Source of the DNA: Abditibacteriaceae bacterium
GTDB lineage: Bacteria > Armatimonadota > Abditibacteriia > Abditibacteriales > Abditibacteriaceae
NCBI GenBank assembly: GCA_965277285.1
Contig: OZ255721.1
Location: 3,168,001-3,232,000 of the forward strand
Length of the DNA stretch: 64,000 nucleotides
Direction of reading: 5' to 3'
The position numbers and the translations under genes are program-made. Below are positions 1-10,618 of the stretch, piece by piece (position 1 is the stretch's first letter; every line of letters starts with the position of its first letter). Under the pieces are notes generated by a model that saw only the letters and a program-made list of their open reading frames with translations, was not told where the DNA came from and made no database searches.

Positions 1-2
1 TT

Positions 3-1565
3 GGTTCGGCGCCGCCTGCGAACGTCGAATTGGACGACGACACGATTTACTCGCACATTGAAAGTTCTCGTCCCCAAGCGCGCACAACGAGTACTGTAAA
101 TGGTGCCGCGCGGCGCGATGCACCCAACAATAACGGTGTTAATGGTGCGCGCGCCAACGGTACCGCCAATGGAAATGCCAATGGCGCTTCGGCGAACGGC
201 GCTTCGGCGAACGGAACAGCCAACGGCGCGGCGAATGGTGCGCCTGTGGGCACTTTTGTCGCGCACCATGGCGCGATGGAAATCGATACGGAAGACGAAG
301 ATTTCGATGACGAAATGCTGCGTCTTTCGCACAAGGTTCACACGGTTTTGGTGGATGAATTGGGCGGTCAACAATTTCGTTCGGACGACCGCGACCGTTT
401 GCGCCCGATTGCGCAGCAAGTGATGAACGATTTATTGCAGGACGAAAAGCCTCTCATGCCGCGCCGCAAAGCCGCCTTGTTGGAGCTCGTCCTGGATGAA
501 GTGCTGGGTTTTGGGCCTTTGACATATTTGTTGAATGACAATTCGATTACGGAAATCATGGTCAATTCGCCGACTGATGTGTTCATCGAGCGAAAAGGCA
601 AAATCAAGCGTTCGAGGCGCAAGTTCATTGACGAGCGCCATGTGATGAACATCATCGACCGCGTGGTGCGACCTTTGGGCAAGCAGGCGAACGCGCGCAC
701 GCCGATGGTGGATGGACGCTTGCCGGACGGCAGCCGCGTCAACATCGTGATTCCGCCGCTGGCTCTCAAAGGGCCGGGCATGAGCATTCGTAAGTTTTTC
801 AAGAAGAAGTTCGATGCCGATGACATGATCGCTTTCGGCTCGATGACGCAGGAAATGAAAATGTTTTTGGAAGCGGCGGTCAAAGGTCGCATGAACATTA
901 TTATTGCGGGCGGCACCGGCAGCGGAAAAACGACGACGCTCAACATGACGAGCAATTTTATTCCGCAGGACGAGCGCGTTGTCACAGTTGAAGACGCAGC
1001 GGAATTGCAGGTCAGTTTGCCCAACCTGGTGACGCTGGAATCGCGGCCCGCCAATATCGAAGGCGAAGGCGAAGTGACGATCCGCGATCTGGTGCGCAAC
1101 GCCTTGCGTATGCGTCCCGACCGCATTATTGTCGGCGAATGTCGCGGCGGCGAAACCATCGATATGTTGCAGGCGATGAACACGGGCCACGATGGCAGCT
1201 TGAGTACGGTCCACTCGAACACGCCGCGCGACACGATTTCACGCTTGGAAACCTTGAGTTTGATGTCGGGATTGGATTTGCCGGTGCGCGTCATTTCCAA
1301 GCAGATTTCCAGCGCCATCCAATTGATTGTGCAGCAGGCGCGTTTGAGCGACGGCACGCGCAAAATCACGCATATCACAGAAGTGCAGGGCATGGAAGGC
1401 GAAACGATTTTGCTGCAAGACATTTTTATCTTCGAGCAAACCGGGCGCGGCGCGGATGGCAAAGTGATTGGCGCACATCGCAAAACGGGTTATCGCCCGC
1501 GTTGCGTCCCACAAATCGAGGCCGCCGGTTATCCTTTGCCGCGCGAATTGTTCTCGCCCGATTGA
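3..1565 (+). CDS. cpaF: Tad/Flp pilus assembly ATPase CpaF/TadA (frame open to the left edge, so the 5' end may lie outside the window)
   Basis: Walker A GGTGSGKTT, EDAAEL Asp box, LRMRPDRIIVGECRG, MNTGHDGS His box; followed by TadB/TadC-like genes; N-terminal Asn/Gly/Ala low-complexity tract. Confidence 0.93.
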   Translation, partial: GSAPPANVELDDDTIYSHIESSRPQARTTSTVNGAARRDAPNNNGVNGARANGTANGNANGASANGASANGTANGAANGAPVGTFVAHHGAMEIDTEDEDFDDEMLRLSHKVHTVLVDELGGQQFRSDDRDRLRPIAQQVMNDLLQDEKPLMPRRKAALLELVLDEVLGFGPLTYLLNDNSITEIMVNSPTDVFIERKGKIKRSRRKFIDERHVMNIIDRVVRPLGKQANARTPMVDGRLPDGSRVNIVIPPLALKGPGMSIRKFFKKKFDADDMIAFGSMTQEMKMFLEAAVKGRMNIIIAGGTGSGKTTTLNMTSNFIPQDERVVTVEDAAELQVSLPNLVTLESRPANIEGEGEVTIRDLVRNALRMRPDRIIVGECRGGETIDMLQAMNTGHDGSLSTVHSNTPRDTISRLETLSLMSGLDLPVRVISKQISSAIQLIVQQARLSDGTRKITHITEVQGMEGETILLQDIFIFEQTGRGADGKVIGAHRKTGYRPRCVPQIEAAGYPLPRELFSPD

Positions 1566-1658
1566 TTTTGATTGATCGAGTGCTTGAATCGAGTACTCGA
1601 TGCGTGATTTGGAAAGCGGGTTGTCGTCAATTGTTCAATTAAGCAAGGAGTATCCTCT

Positions 1659-2624
1659 ATGGACCCGATGTATTTGATTGGGGGAGTGTTCGTTGTTGTT
1701 TTGGTGGCTTTGGGCGCGGTGAAATTGCGCAAGCCGGCCACCGTGACGAGCGACGGGCTGTCGGTGGAAGCGATGCAGGCGGTGGTGGCGCGCAAAGACC
1801 ACCCTGACAGTTGGATTGAGCGCGTGATGCGCGGTCGTCAGGGGCGCAGCGCGACTGAGCGCAACCTCATCACGGCGGGCTTGGCGATCAAACCGGCTGA
1901 ATTTATTGGCGCGAACTTGTTTTTCCTGGTTCTGGTGCTGATTGCCGATGCGCTTTTTATGAGCCATGTGCAAATCGGCAAAGGCTTGTGGGGCTTGGCG
2001 CAAATCGGTTTTGCGCTGGTGGCGCTGCCTTTTATTGGCTGGAGATTGCCGCAGATGACGCTGCAGTTTTTGGCGAATCGGCGCCGCATGAAATTGGAAA
2101 TCCAGTTGTCGGAAGCTTTGACGCTGGTCGCTTCGAGCTTGAAGGGCGGTTATTCGTTCATTCAAGGTTTGAGCCAGGCGACCGAGCAATTGCAGCCGCC
2201 GATTACAGATGAAATCTCGCGCGTGGTGCGCTTGATTCAATTGGGTTTGGACACGCCGCGCGCTCTCGAACAAATGGCGGAGCGCGTCAACTCCTACGAT
2301 TTCGACATGACCGTCAGCGCCACCAATATCCAATTGGCTTCGGGCGGCAACCTCGCGCAATTGTTGGAGAAAATCTCTGAAACCATACGTGATCGCATTC
2401 GCTTGCGCCGCGACATCGCGGTTTTGACGGCGCAGGGACGCATGAGCGGCGCTATTTTGATCGCGCTTCCCGTTTGTATCGCGCTGATGCTGAACATCAT
2501 CAACCACGAATACTTCCTGCCGCTTTACACCACGGATCTGGGCAAAAGTATGCTGATCGGCGCGGCTTTGATGCAGTCGATCGGTATTTACTGGATTAAG
2601 AAACTACTTGATTTCGACAACTAA
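1659..2624 (+). CDS. tadB: Tad pilus inner-membrane platform protein TadB (T2SS-F family)
   Basis: TM segments, SLKGGYS, QLASGGNLAQLLEKISETIRDR, LTAQGRMS motifs; AAGGAG RBS. Confidence 0.88.
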   Translation: MDPMYLIGGVFVVVLVALGAVKLRKPATVTSDGLSVEAMQAVVARKDHPDSWIERVMRGRQGRSATERNLITAGLAIKPAEFIGANLFFLVLVLIADALFMSHVQIGKGLWGLAQIGFALVALPFIGWRLPQMTLQFLANRRRMKLEIQLSEALTLVASSLKGGYSFIQGLSQATEQLQPPITDEISRVVRLIQLGLDTPRALEQMAERVNSYDFDMTVSATNIQLASGGNLAQLLEKISETIRDRIRLRRDIAVLTAQGRMSGAILIALPVCIALMLNIINHEYFLPLYTTDLGKSMLIGAALMQSIGIYWIKKLLDFDN

Positions 2625-2672
2625 CGAACGAATGTCGAGTACTCGAAAACGAAATTTTGAAGGAGAATAACA

Positions 2673-3680
2673 ATGCATTTTTCACCTCCGCCAACAACTT
2701 TGCTGATCTTGGTCTGGGTCGGATTTATAGTGTGTTTCGGCCTGCTGATGCTGGGTCAATATGCGCGTAGCGGTTTTCAAAAGCGCATGGCACAAACAGT
2801 GCGTCCAAACGACGCGGCTTTGCAAGAAGTGCTGGACGAACGGCACGAAGAAGAAATGAGTCGCAGTCTGATCCAGCGCAGCCTGGGTCCGACTTTCACA
2901 AAATTGGGTCGTTCTGCTGCCAAGCAAATTAAAACGGCGCAAGGCTCACAATTGCGCGATATGCTGGAACAAGCGGGTCATCCCTGGGGCATGGGCCTGG
3001 CCGAATTCCTGGGTTTCAAAACCTTTTGCCTGCTCGCGATGGTTGGACTTGGTTTGCTCACCTTTCCTTTTGTAGTACCATTTCTGGCCGGATTCTTTCC
3101 CGTTCCTTCCATTCTCATCATCGGTATTTACGCGATGACGTGCGCTTTCATCGGCTATTCTGGCCCGACGTTCTGGTTGCGCAAGGTTATCAACAAGCGC
3201 ATCAAGCAGATTCGGAAATCGATGGCCGATGTGGTCGACTTGATCGTTTTGGGCATCGAAGCGGGTCTGGGTTTCGACTCGGCTGTCGGCAAAACTGTCG
3301 AGAAAACGAAAGGCCCCTTGACGGATGAACTGAAGCGCGTGCTGGCTGAAGTGAACGTCGGTCGCTCGCAGGGCGAAGCCTTTAAAGACATGGCGCAACG
3401 CGTGCGTATGAACGACCTGACGTTGCTGGTCGCAGCGATTGACCAAGCGATGCGCATGGGCGTCGGATTGGCACAAGCGTTACGTTTGCAGGCGACGGAA
3501 ATCCGCGAAAAGCGCATGGCGTATATCCGCGAGCAAGCTGGAAAACTTCCGGTCAAAATGATGCTGCCGCTGGTTTTGTTCATCTTCCCCGCGTTGTTCA
3601 TCATCATCCTCGGCCCCGCCGTTTGCCAGATGGCGCAAATGTCGGCCAACGGCGAACTGTCGATGTTCAACGCTCATTAA
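2673..3680 (+). CDS. tadC: Tad pilus platform protein TadC (T2SS-F family)
   Basis: EAGLGFDSA and EQAGKLPVKMMLPLVLFIFPALFIIILGPA motifs; AAGGAG RBS. Confidence 0.9.
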   Translation: MHFSPPPTTLLILVWVGFIVCFGLLMLGQYARSGFQKRMAQTVRPNDAALQEVLDERHEEEMSRSLIQRSLGPTFTKLGRSAAKQIKTAQGSQLRDMLEQAGHPWGMGLAEFLGFKTFCLLAMVGLGLLTFPFVVPFLAGFFPVPSILIIGIYAMTCAFIGYSGPTFWLRKVINKRIKQIRKSMADVVDLIVLGIEAGLGFDSAVGKTVEKTKGPLTDELKRVLAEVNVGRSQGEAFKDMAQRVRMNDLTLLVAAIDQAMRMGVGLAQALRLQATEIREKRMAYIREQAGKLPVKMMLPLVLFIFPALFIIILGPAVCQMAQMSANGELSMFNAH

Positions 3681-3757
3681 CCCCAGATTTGTCGATCCAA
3701 AGGGCGATTTCGGGTGCTTTCGAGTACTCGCAATCGCCTTTTGCTTTGATTTTTACC

Positions 3758-4282
3758 ATGAAACCCATTCGATATGTCATTGGAGACGCCACGCAGCCGC
3801 AAGGCGATGGCGCCAAGATCATCGCGCACGTTTGTAACGATAGTGGAGATTGGCCTTCCTACAACGATAAAGGCTTTATGCTGTCGGTTTCAAAACGCTG
3901 GGAAAAACCAGGTCGAGCATTCCGCCGTTGGTATTGCGAACGGTCTAAAAACGATTTCGCCTTAGGTGCTGTGCAGTTGGTTCCTGTTGAAGAAAATTTG
4001 TGGGTTGCCAATATGATTTGCAGTCGCGGATACGGAGCCGTTAGAGGACAACATACTGCCAAGCCAATTCAGTACAATGCTGTTGATCGAGTACTCGAAA
4101 TTCTGGGCGACAGATCTCTTGAACTAAACGCTTCAGTTCATATGCCGCGCATCGGCTGCGGTTTGGCGGGCGGAAAATGGAAGTGGATCGAACCAAAGAT
4201 CGAAAAACATCTTTCGACGCGAGATATTGCCGTTGTGGTTTACGATTTGGAGAAGACATTCCATCCAGAACGCCAAGCGTAA
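3758..4282 (+). CDS. Macro-domain protein (Appr-1''-p processing, TARG1/DarG-like)
   Basis: YVIGDAT, IIAHVCND, HMPRIGCGLAGGKW motifs; ATG at 3758 preferred over the ORF-track start. Confidence 0.85.
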   Translation: MKPIRYVIGDATQPQGDGAKIIAHVCNDSGDWPSYNDKGFMLSVSKRWEKPGRAFRRWYCERSKNDFALGAVQLVPVEENLWVANMICSRGYGAVRGQHTAKPIQYNAVDRVLEILGDRSLELNASVHMPRIGCGLAGGKWKWIEPKIEKHLSTRDIAVVVYDLEKTFHPERQA

Positions 4283-4395
4283 GCGCGGGGCTAAATTAGC
4301 AGTTACATCAGCCCCGCGCTCACACTTGGGTTTTTGAAACAATCATTTGTGGCCGTGTTCCAATTGAAAGCTGAGAAACCAATTGGATATCAGAC

Positions 4396-4437
4396 AGAAA
4401 AACTCCGCTATCGAGTACTCGATAGCGGAGTTTTTCT
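4396..4437. terminator. Perfect 42-bp palindrome, probable bidirectional intrinsic terminator centred on TCGAGTACTCGA
   Basis: AGAAAAACTCCGCTATCGAGTACTCGATAGCGGAGTTTTTCT between convergent genes, with A/T tails on both sides. Confidence 0.75.
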
Positions 4438-4450
4438 ACTTATGCCGAAC

Positions 4451-6001
4451 TTATTGCATACGACGTGCGGCAACGAAAATGTTCCAGTTGCGGCGGTCGG
4501 ACAAGCGCGACACCATAACTTGGCGTCCATGTCCGCTGGCGTGAACGAACAAGCCGTTACCCATGTAAAGGCCGGTGTGGTCGATGCGTGTGCCACTGGC
4601 GGAGAAATAAAGGCGATCTCCGGGCTGCAAATCGGCGGGTTGAACCGGAATGCCAACGCGCGCTTGTTCGGCGGCTGTGCGCGGCAACTGATAGCCGCAC
4701 GCCGCAAACGCATGTTGCACCAAGCTCGAGCAATCGATGCCGTTACGACCTTCGCCGCCATAAACATAGCGTGTGCCGAGCCATTTCAAGGCTTGTGTCA
4801 CCATCGGGTTGCTGCTTTGCCAGCTGCCGTTATAGCTCAGTTCCGCGTCGTTGCCGCCGACGTTCGCCACAATTTGCGAAGAGACATCGACATTTTGGCC
4901 GGTGAAGCGCAAATAGCGCGTCGGAACCCAGCCTGTGCTGCGGTCACTCATCAAAATCGCCGACCAAGGGCCGCTTTGCTGCGTTACCGCGATTTCAGTT
5001 CCTGTCGAGCAGGAATACAACGTCACGGCGTCCGATTCGGGCAGGCGACGAATGCGCGCTCCGGTGCGAACAATGCGCGCGACTTGCGCCGTCGGGATGA
5101 GCGTCGCGCGTTGCGCTGGCGTGCTGCGCGGCTGCAATCGGGAAAGCGGCGTGCCCGTCACATTCGCATCTTCATCGGGCGAAATAACGCGCGCGCCATC
5201 CAAACGAGCGCCACCGCGCGTCATGTTCGGCGAAGGAACGTAACTGCGCGAAGACAACGAAGTCGGGCCACGACGCGTGTTGTAGTTGTACGATTGAGTA
5301 CTCGATTCGGGCTGCGTCGCGCCAGGCGTGGTGTAAAGCGGCGGCTGGAACGTGGGCAGCGGCATTCCGCCCTCGTCTTGCGCGATTGAACGCACCGTAC
5401 TCGCTGTTTTTGCGTCTGAGGGCGCGCTATAGCTGAGACTTTGCACCGGAATGACCAGCGTGCGCCCGACCGTTAAATTCTCGCTGCCCGGATTCTTGCT
5501 GCGAATTGCGTCCGCCGTCACGGGATAACCGGCTGCCGTGTGACGGTTGGCAATCGATTCAATAGTGTCGCCGGATTGAACCGTATAAAGAAACGATTTC
5601 GTGATGGTTCCGCGACCAGACGCCTGATCGTCATTGTTGGAAGCGAAACCCGAAGCCATATAACCATTGGAACGCGGCGCGAACGATGCGCTGGATGTTG
5701 TTGTTACCGAAGTCGTGACCGAAGTCGTCACGCGCGACCGAGTACTCGAAACGCTTTTTTCCTTGCCGTCGGGAATGCGCAGCAACATCGAAGGTAAGGC
5801 ATCGCTGTCGCTGACATCTTGCAGTTTGTTCAAAGAACGCAACGTTTCGGCGCTCAAATGGTACTTTGTGGCTACCGATTGCAAGGTTTCGCCGCTTTCA
5901 ACGGCATGATACAAATCAGCGTGCGCCGGAACAGAAAGGAGGGAAACGAGGGGGAAACTTAGGGCAATAACGCCGATCATCCAATGGTTACGCTTCGTCA
6001 T
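4451..6001 (-). CDS. Secreted LysM-LysM-SH3-NlpC/P60 peptidoglycan endopeptidase
   Basis: Signal peptide; two LysM-like repeats (HAVESGETL, YTVQSGDT); SH3b-like GWVP; YVYGG..GIDCSSLV and HTGLYMGNGLFVHAS catalytic motifs. Confidence 0.9.
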   Translation of the reverse strand: MTKRNHWMIGVIALSFPLVSLLSVPAHADLYHAVESGETLQSVATKYHLSAETLRSLNKLQDVSDSDALPSMLLRIPDGKEKSVSSTRSRVTTSVTTSVTTTSSASFAPRSNGYMASGFASNNDDQASGRGTITKSFLYTVQSGDTIESIANRHTAAGYPVTADAIRSKNPGSENLTVGRTLVIPVQSLSYSAPSDAKTASTVRSIAQDEGGMPLPTFQPPLYTTPGATQPESSTQSYNYNTRRGPTSLSSRSYVPSPNMTRGGARLDGARVISPDEDANVTGTPLSRLQPRSTPAQRATLIPTAQVARIVRTGARIRRLPESDAVTLYSCSTGTEIAVTQQSGPWSAILMSDRSTGWVPTRYLRFTGQNVDVSSQIVANVGGNDAELSYNGSWQSSNPMVTQALKWLGTRYVYGGEGRNGIDCSSLVQHAFAACGYQLPRTAAEQARVGIPVQPADLQPGDRLYFSASGTRIDHTGLYMGNGLFVHASGHGRQVMVSRLSDRRNWNIFVAARRMQ

Positions 6002-6235
6002 TCAGAAAATCTCCTGCAAAAACTTTTGTTGTCTGCCGACTTTGGCATTCATTTTGCCAAAAGCCGCGAAAGAGAAGGCGAGTGCGCGTTTCTCGAAGAC
6101 AATCTCGAAGAAACACTCCGGTCTGAGCCGATTAAACCTAAGCAGCAACACTTTGACCAGGTTTAACCAAGCAAGAAAAAGCGACTATCGGCTTTCGCTT
6201 GTCAACTTACGTTGTATTTGCCACAGTTGACGGCA

Positions 6236-6265
6236 ATTATACGCATCTTTTCCATGTAAAGTCAA
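6236..6265 (-). promoter_or_regulatory. Putative sigma70 promoter of the NlpC/P60 gene
   Basis: Minus strand TTGACT-18 bp-TATAAT, about 230 nt upstream of the start codon. Confidence 0.55.
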
Positions 6266-6286
6266 GATTTTTAATCAAATACCGAA

Positions 6287-6326
6287 AAAGCCCGACGAGT
6301 ACTCGAAAGAAAGCTCGTCGGGCTTT
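6287..6326 (-). terminator. Intrinsic terminator after glyA
   Basis: AAAGCCCGACGAG...CTCGTCGGGCTTT hairpin, overlapping a palindrome variant. Confidence 0.65.
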
Positions 6327-6339
6327 GTGTTTGTAAGCT

Positions 6340-7662
6340 TTAAGCGCTGGTTTTTTGCGCGGCGTTATCGCTAATTTTTTCGCCGCTCAAAGGCACATTT
6401 CCCGTCAAAGGAATGTTCTCGTAAAGCGGAAAACGCGCGCAAATTTCCGCAACGCGCTGGCTTTGCTTGAGCAGCGCCATTTCGTCCTGATGGTTCTTCA
6501 ACGATTCGACGATGATGCTGGCGATTTCGCGCATTTCGGCTTCTTTCATGCCGCGCGACGTGACAGCGGGCGTTCCCAAACGAATGCCGGAAGTCACCAG
6601 AGGCGGGCGAGGATCGAAGGGAATCTGGTTTTTATTGCACGTAATACCGACGCCTTCGAGCAGTTCTTCGCCTTCTTTTCCAGTTACGCCCGCCGGTGTC
6701 AAATCGACCAGCATCAAATGATTGTCGGTTCCGCCCGTCACCAAACGCAAACCGCCTTCGACCAAACCTTCGGCCATCGCCTGCGCGTTTTTGCGAATTT
6801 GCGTTTGATAAGTTTTGAAACCAGGTTGCAAGGCTTCGCCGAAACAGACGGCTTTGGCCGCGATGACGTGCATCAAAGGGCCGCCTTGCAAGCCAGGCAT
6901 GATCGCTTTGTCAATCGCGGAAGCGAATTCGGCCTTGCACAAAATCAATCCGGCGCGCGGGCCACGCAAGGTTTTGTGCGTCGTCGTGGTCACGAAATGC
7001 GCGTGCGGAACCGGGTTCGGATATTCGCCCGCCGAAACCAGACCCGCGACGTGCGCCATATCGACCATCAAATACGCACCGACGCTATCAGCGATTTGGC
7101 GGAAACGCGCCCAGTCGATGGTGCGCGGATAAGCCGAAAAACCGGCGATAACCATCTTTGGCTTGTGTTCCTGCGCCAAACGCTCGACTTCATCGTAATC
7201 AATGCGCTCGGTTTCGCGGTTCAAGCCATAAGCGACGGCGTTGTAAGTTTTGCCGCTGAAGCTCATTTTATGGCCGTGCGTGAGATGTCCGCCCGCGGGA
7301 AGCGCCATGCCCAGAATAGTGTCGCCAGGTTTGAGCATGGCGAGATAAACGCCCGCGTTCGCCTGGCTTCCGGCGTGCGGCTGGACATTGGCGTGTTCGG
7401 CGCCGAAGAGTTTTTTGGCGCGCTCGATGGCGAGAGTTTCCACGACATCGACGAACTCGCAGCCGCCATAATAACGCTTGCCCGGATAACCTTCGGCGTA
7501 TTTGTTGGTCATCACGCTGCCGGTCGCTTCGAGAACCGATTGCGAGGTGAAGTTTTCGGACGCGATCAGTTCGAGTTTGTCGCGCTGGCGTCGCAATTCG
7601 TTTTGAATCGCCTGCGCGACTTCCGGATCGCTTTGGCTCAGGTGCGGAAGTTCAAATGTCAT
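6340..7662 (-). CDS. glyA: Serine hydroxymethyltransferase
   Basis: [38 protein letters not shown]-lysine motif. Confidence 0.98.
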   Translation of the reverse strand: MTFELPHLSQSDPEVAQAIQNELRRQRDKLELIASENFTSQSVLEATGSVMTNKYAEGYPGKRYYGGCEFVDVVETLAIERAKKLFGAEHANVQPHAGSQANAGVYLAMLKPGDTILGMALPAGGHLTHGHKMSFSGKTYNAVAYGLNRETERIDYDEVERLAQEHKPKMVIAGFSAYPRTIDWARFRQIADSVGAYLMVDMAHVAGLVSAGEYPNPVPHAHFVTTTTHKTLRGPRAGLILCKAEFASAIDKAIMPGLQGGPLMHVIAAKAVCFGEALQPGFKTYQTQIRKNAQAMAEGLVEGGLRLVTGGTDNHLMLVDLTPAGVTGKEGEELLEGVGITCNKNQIPFDPRPPLVTSGIRLGTPAVTSRGMKEAEMREIASIIVESLKNHQDEMALLKQSQRVAEICARFPLYENIPLTGNVPLSGEKISDNAAQKTSA

Positions 7663-7770
7663 GGTTGAGGTTTCCTTCGTTTCGAGTACTCGATATTGGT
7701 TCAATATGGGTTCAAACGGCTCATTTCATTTTAGCCGTGCGATGGCGAAGTCGCAAACTTTGTCCAGAAA

Positions 7771-7882
7771 AATAGGACACGGAGGCTTCGCCCACACGGA
7801 TTTAACGGATGAACACGGATTTTCTTTAGATCTGTGTTTACCCGTGTCGTTATCTGTGTAGGCGAAGCCTCCGTGTCCTATT
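7771..7882. repeat. REP/MITE-like inverted repeat with ~9-bp periodic ACACGGA arms
   Basis: AATAGGACACGGAGGCTTCGCC...GGCGAAGCCTCCGTGTCCTATT; related copies at 54868-54969 and 34322-34613. Confidence 0.75.
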
Positions 7883-7895
7883 TGCCGGAAGATTT

Positions 7896-10070
7896 TCAGT
7901 GCGGCGCCAAATTCACCAAAGGCATTCGCGTCGCATCGTTCGCGTCGGGCGCGGCTTTAATCGTCAGGAACGATTGCGAATCAGAGCGCCAGACGCGGCG
8001 CCACACGTTCAGGTGAAAGTGTTTTTGGTCGCGCACCAAGCCCAGAGGAAGCGCCATCTCAACAATCGAGTACTCGATTCGTTTTTGGTGAAGAACGTTG
8101 CGCCGCACGATTTTCCAATCGCCGCTTGCGACTTGGAAACGACCTTCGCGCGTGTCGTGTTCGACCACAATCTTGCCGCTCGCCGAGTCGACAAAACGCC
8201 AGCGTTCGGGCGCATCGGTCGGCGTCATTTCCACCGCAATCGCACCAGCGCGCTCTTTTTCGTTCGCGCGCACCGCGACATATAAATATTTGGCGTCGTG
8301 CGAAATCCACAGCGAGGTTGGCGGCCACGACTCCTCAACGTTTTGCAGACGCGAAAATTGTCCGCGAAAACGAGATCGCTCGTTCCAAGTCGCATCGTTC
8401 AATTGTCCATCAATGTTTGGTGTTTGCGTCGCAAAAGGGATCGCGCCATTTCCGATGTTCAATGTCGAAACGTTTTGCGCCCAGTGATGTCGCGGAATGG
8501 GAACGTTTTCGCTGCCGCACAGCGCCAGCAAACGCGCGCGTTGCGCTTCAAACGTCGTTTCAAAATGCGCGCGTTCTGTTGCGGGAAAAAGCAGCGAATC
8601 GTCAATCGAGTACTCGATGAGTGCGCGTCGTTTGCTTTCCGGCAGCGAACGCAATAGTTCGTAATCTTGAATTGCTTCGCGCAAAATCATCAGGCGAATG
8701 GACGGTATCGGGCGCAATTTGAGGTCGGGATCGCCCGTTAAATCGGCGGGATAAAGCAGCGTTCCGTCGCCATTGGTGCCTTCAAACGATTCGAGGTTTT
8801 GCAACGGTTTCGGTCCCCAGCCGTGCGCCATCGAATAAACGAAACCGTTGATGCCGTAGCGCGCCATCATCCAGCCGTAAACGCGAACGGCGCTCGCATC
8901 ATCGTCCAAAAGCCACGTCGGATAAGGACTTTTCGGCTCGACCATCGTGTAAAACCAGGTTTCTCGCCCGTTTTTCTGCTCGCGTTGCAGATCGTTCAAA
9001 TCGAGATGACCAACACCGAAAAAGTCGCCGATGTTGGGACACCAAATATCGACTTTTCCGCGCAAAGAATTGTTGGGCGCAACCGTAACGCATTGCTTCA
9101 ACGCCAGATCGACAGCGCGTAGCTTGGTCGTTGCGTCGCGCACAGCTTCATATTGTTCGGGCGAAGGTTCATCAATGCGATAGGCGTAAGATTTTTGCAA
9201 CGTTTGGGTGCGGCGCAATTGATCGACGGCAATCGCAAAATCGGGCGAATCCTGTGGCGGCAAACGCACGCTGCGCACGCGTTCGTCGCGCAGATAATTG
9301 GCGGCGTCTTCGCTTTTCCAATCGACTGGCAAGTCGTAAGCGTTCAAGCCGTAATCGAGCAGAAAATCGTAGTAATTCTTCTTCAATTGCACGAAATCGT
9401 TGTCATTTAAGGGCGACAGATTTTTCGCGTACCAGGCGCGCAAAACATCGTAATAAACCGCGACATTGGCGCGCATCGTTTGAACTGGCAAAACCGCGTG
9501 CGAAACCTTCAACGCCAAAGCCAATTCGCGCGGTGTTTCACCTTTGGCCACGATGTTCAGCGCCGCGAAATATTGTCCGGCTTCGCTGTCGCGTGGAACA
9601 TAAACCGCGACCCACAAGACAACCGAACGATGCGCATCGACCGCGGTTTCTGCTTTGTCGTTGACGGGAATTAAAGCGTCCGGCCACCACAATGGATCGA
9701 GTACTCGATTGCCGCTGGGACGCGCCACCAAGACATAATTTTCGCGGAAGATTTGAACGTTGTCGCGCGTGATGAATTGCCCCAACGTGGTAGCGAAACT
9801 CGTCGCGGAAACCGCGAAATGCAACGGTTTGTTGTCCGCTGTGACAACGACCTGAAACGATTGCCATTCGCCGCGCGCGGCTTGCAGTTCGACGTGTTGA
9901 GTCGCAAACGGCATCAAAACGCCATTGGTTTTCGCCGTCAGTTTCTGCAATGACGAAGCCGTTTGAATGTGCCAGGAAGTTGCACTTCGCGTACTCGATT
10001 GCGCGTTGGCACCTTGAGAAAAAGAAAAAATCGCAGCCAACAGCGCCGCGACTCGAAAGAAATGTTTCAT
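7896..10070 (-). CDS. Secreted DUF4091 / GH123-like glycoside hydrolase with C-terminal CBM9-like domain
   Basis: Signal peptide; AARGEWQSFQVV, WWPDALIP, DEP, NGDGTLLYP, PSIRLMILREAIQDYE motifs; IDGQLNDATW sugar-binding-like start. Confidence 0.7.
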   Translation of the reverse strand: MKHFFRVAALLAAIFSFSQGANAQSSTRSATSWHIQTASSLQKLTAKTNGVLMPFATQHVELQAARGEWQSFQVVVTADNKPLHFAVSATSFATTLGQFITRDNVQIFRENYVLVARPSGNRVLDPLWWPDALIPVNDKAETAVDAHRSVVLWVAVYVPRDSEAGQYFAALNIVAKGETPRELALALKVSHAVLPVQTMRANVAVYYDVLRAWYAKNLSPLNDNDFVQLKKNYYDFLLDYGLNAYDLPVDWKSEDAANYLRDERVRSVRLPPQDSPDFAIAVDQLRRTQTLQKSYAYRIDEPSPEQYEAVRDATTKLRAVDLALKQCVTVAPNNSLRGKVDIWCPNIGDFFGVGHLDLNDLQREQKNGRETWFYTMVEPKSPYPTWLLDDDASAVRVYGWMMARYGINGFVYSMAHGWGPKPLQNLESFEGTNGDGTLLYPADLTGDPDLKLRPIPSIRLMILREAIQDYELLRSLPESKRRALIEYSIDDSLLFPATERAHFETTFEAQRARLLALCGSENVPIPRHHWAQNVSTLNIGNGAIPFATQTPNIDGQLNDATWNERSRFRGQFSRLQNVEESWPPTSLWISHDAKYLYVAVRANEKERAGAIAVEMTPTDAPERWRFVDSASGKIVVEHDTREGRFQVASGDWKIVRRNVLHQKRIEYSIVEMALPLGLVRDQKHFHLNVWRRVWRSDSQSFLTIKAAPDANDATRMPLVNLAPH

Positions 10071-10079
10071 GGTAAGTCG

Positions 10080-10550
10080 TTATCCACCACCCAAATAAAA
10101 GCGTTTGTTGTCTCGTTGGGCTTCAAGAAGAACTTTCTCCAGTTCTTTCAATACGTAGATGAATTCTTCGATGTCGCCTTTATCTGCATCAACTGAATCC
10201 GGCTTGGTTTGTAACTGTTTCAGTAAAACGTGCGTTGTTTTCAAGCCATCAGAAGGGTTGCACCACACGCGTTCAGGCGTCCAAAGTTGATAGCCTTCAG
10301 CGCTGATATATCGACCGTTTTGGAAAGTCGCTTCGGCTTCCATTTCTTCGACATCTTCGCCCTGTCGAAACGCATCTTCTCGACAGTAACCGCTGAAATC
10401 ACCAAGCAGCGTAACATCAAGATCTTCAGTCATATCGTCCAACTGGTCAACGACATCCGTCAACCATTTCCATTCGACGTGCCAGAACTCTTGAGGAATG
10501 TCCTTGATATTTTCGCGCCCTTCGAGAATCGGATAAGTTGAAACGCCCAT
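10080..10550 (-). CDS. Hypothetical acidic protein (lower-GC islet)
   Basis: ORF with AAGGAG RBS before ATG at 10550; no family recognised. Confidence 0.65.
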   Translation of the reverse strand: MGVSTYPILEGRENIKDIPQEFWHVEWKWLTDVVDQLDDMTEDLDVTLLGDFSGYCREDAFRQGEDVEEMEAEATFQNGRYISAEGYQLWTPERVWCNPSDGLKTTHVLLKQLQTKPDSVDADKGDIEEFIYVLKELEKVLLEAQRDNKRFYLGGG

Positions 10551-10618
10551 AAATCTCCTTTGACCAATCAAGTACTCGAAAGGCGGGAGCAGCAAGCTGA
10601 CGTCCTCCGTTTTCTGGC

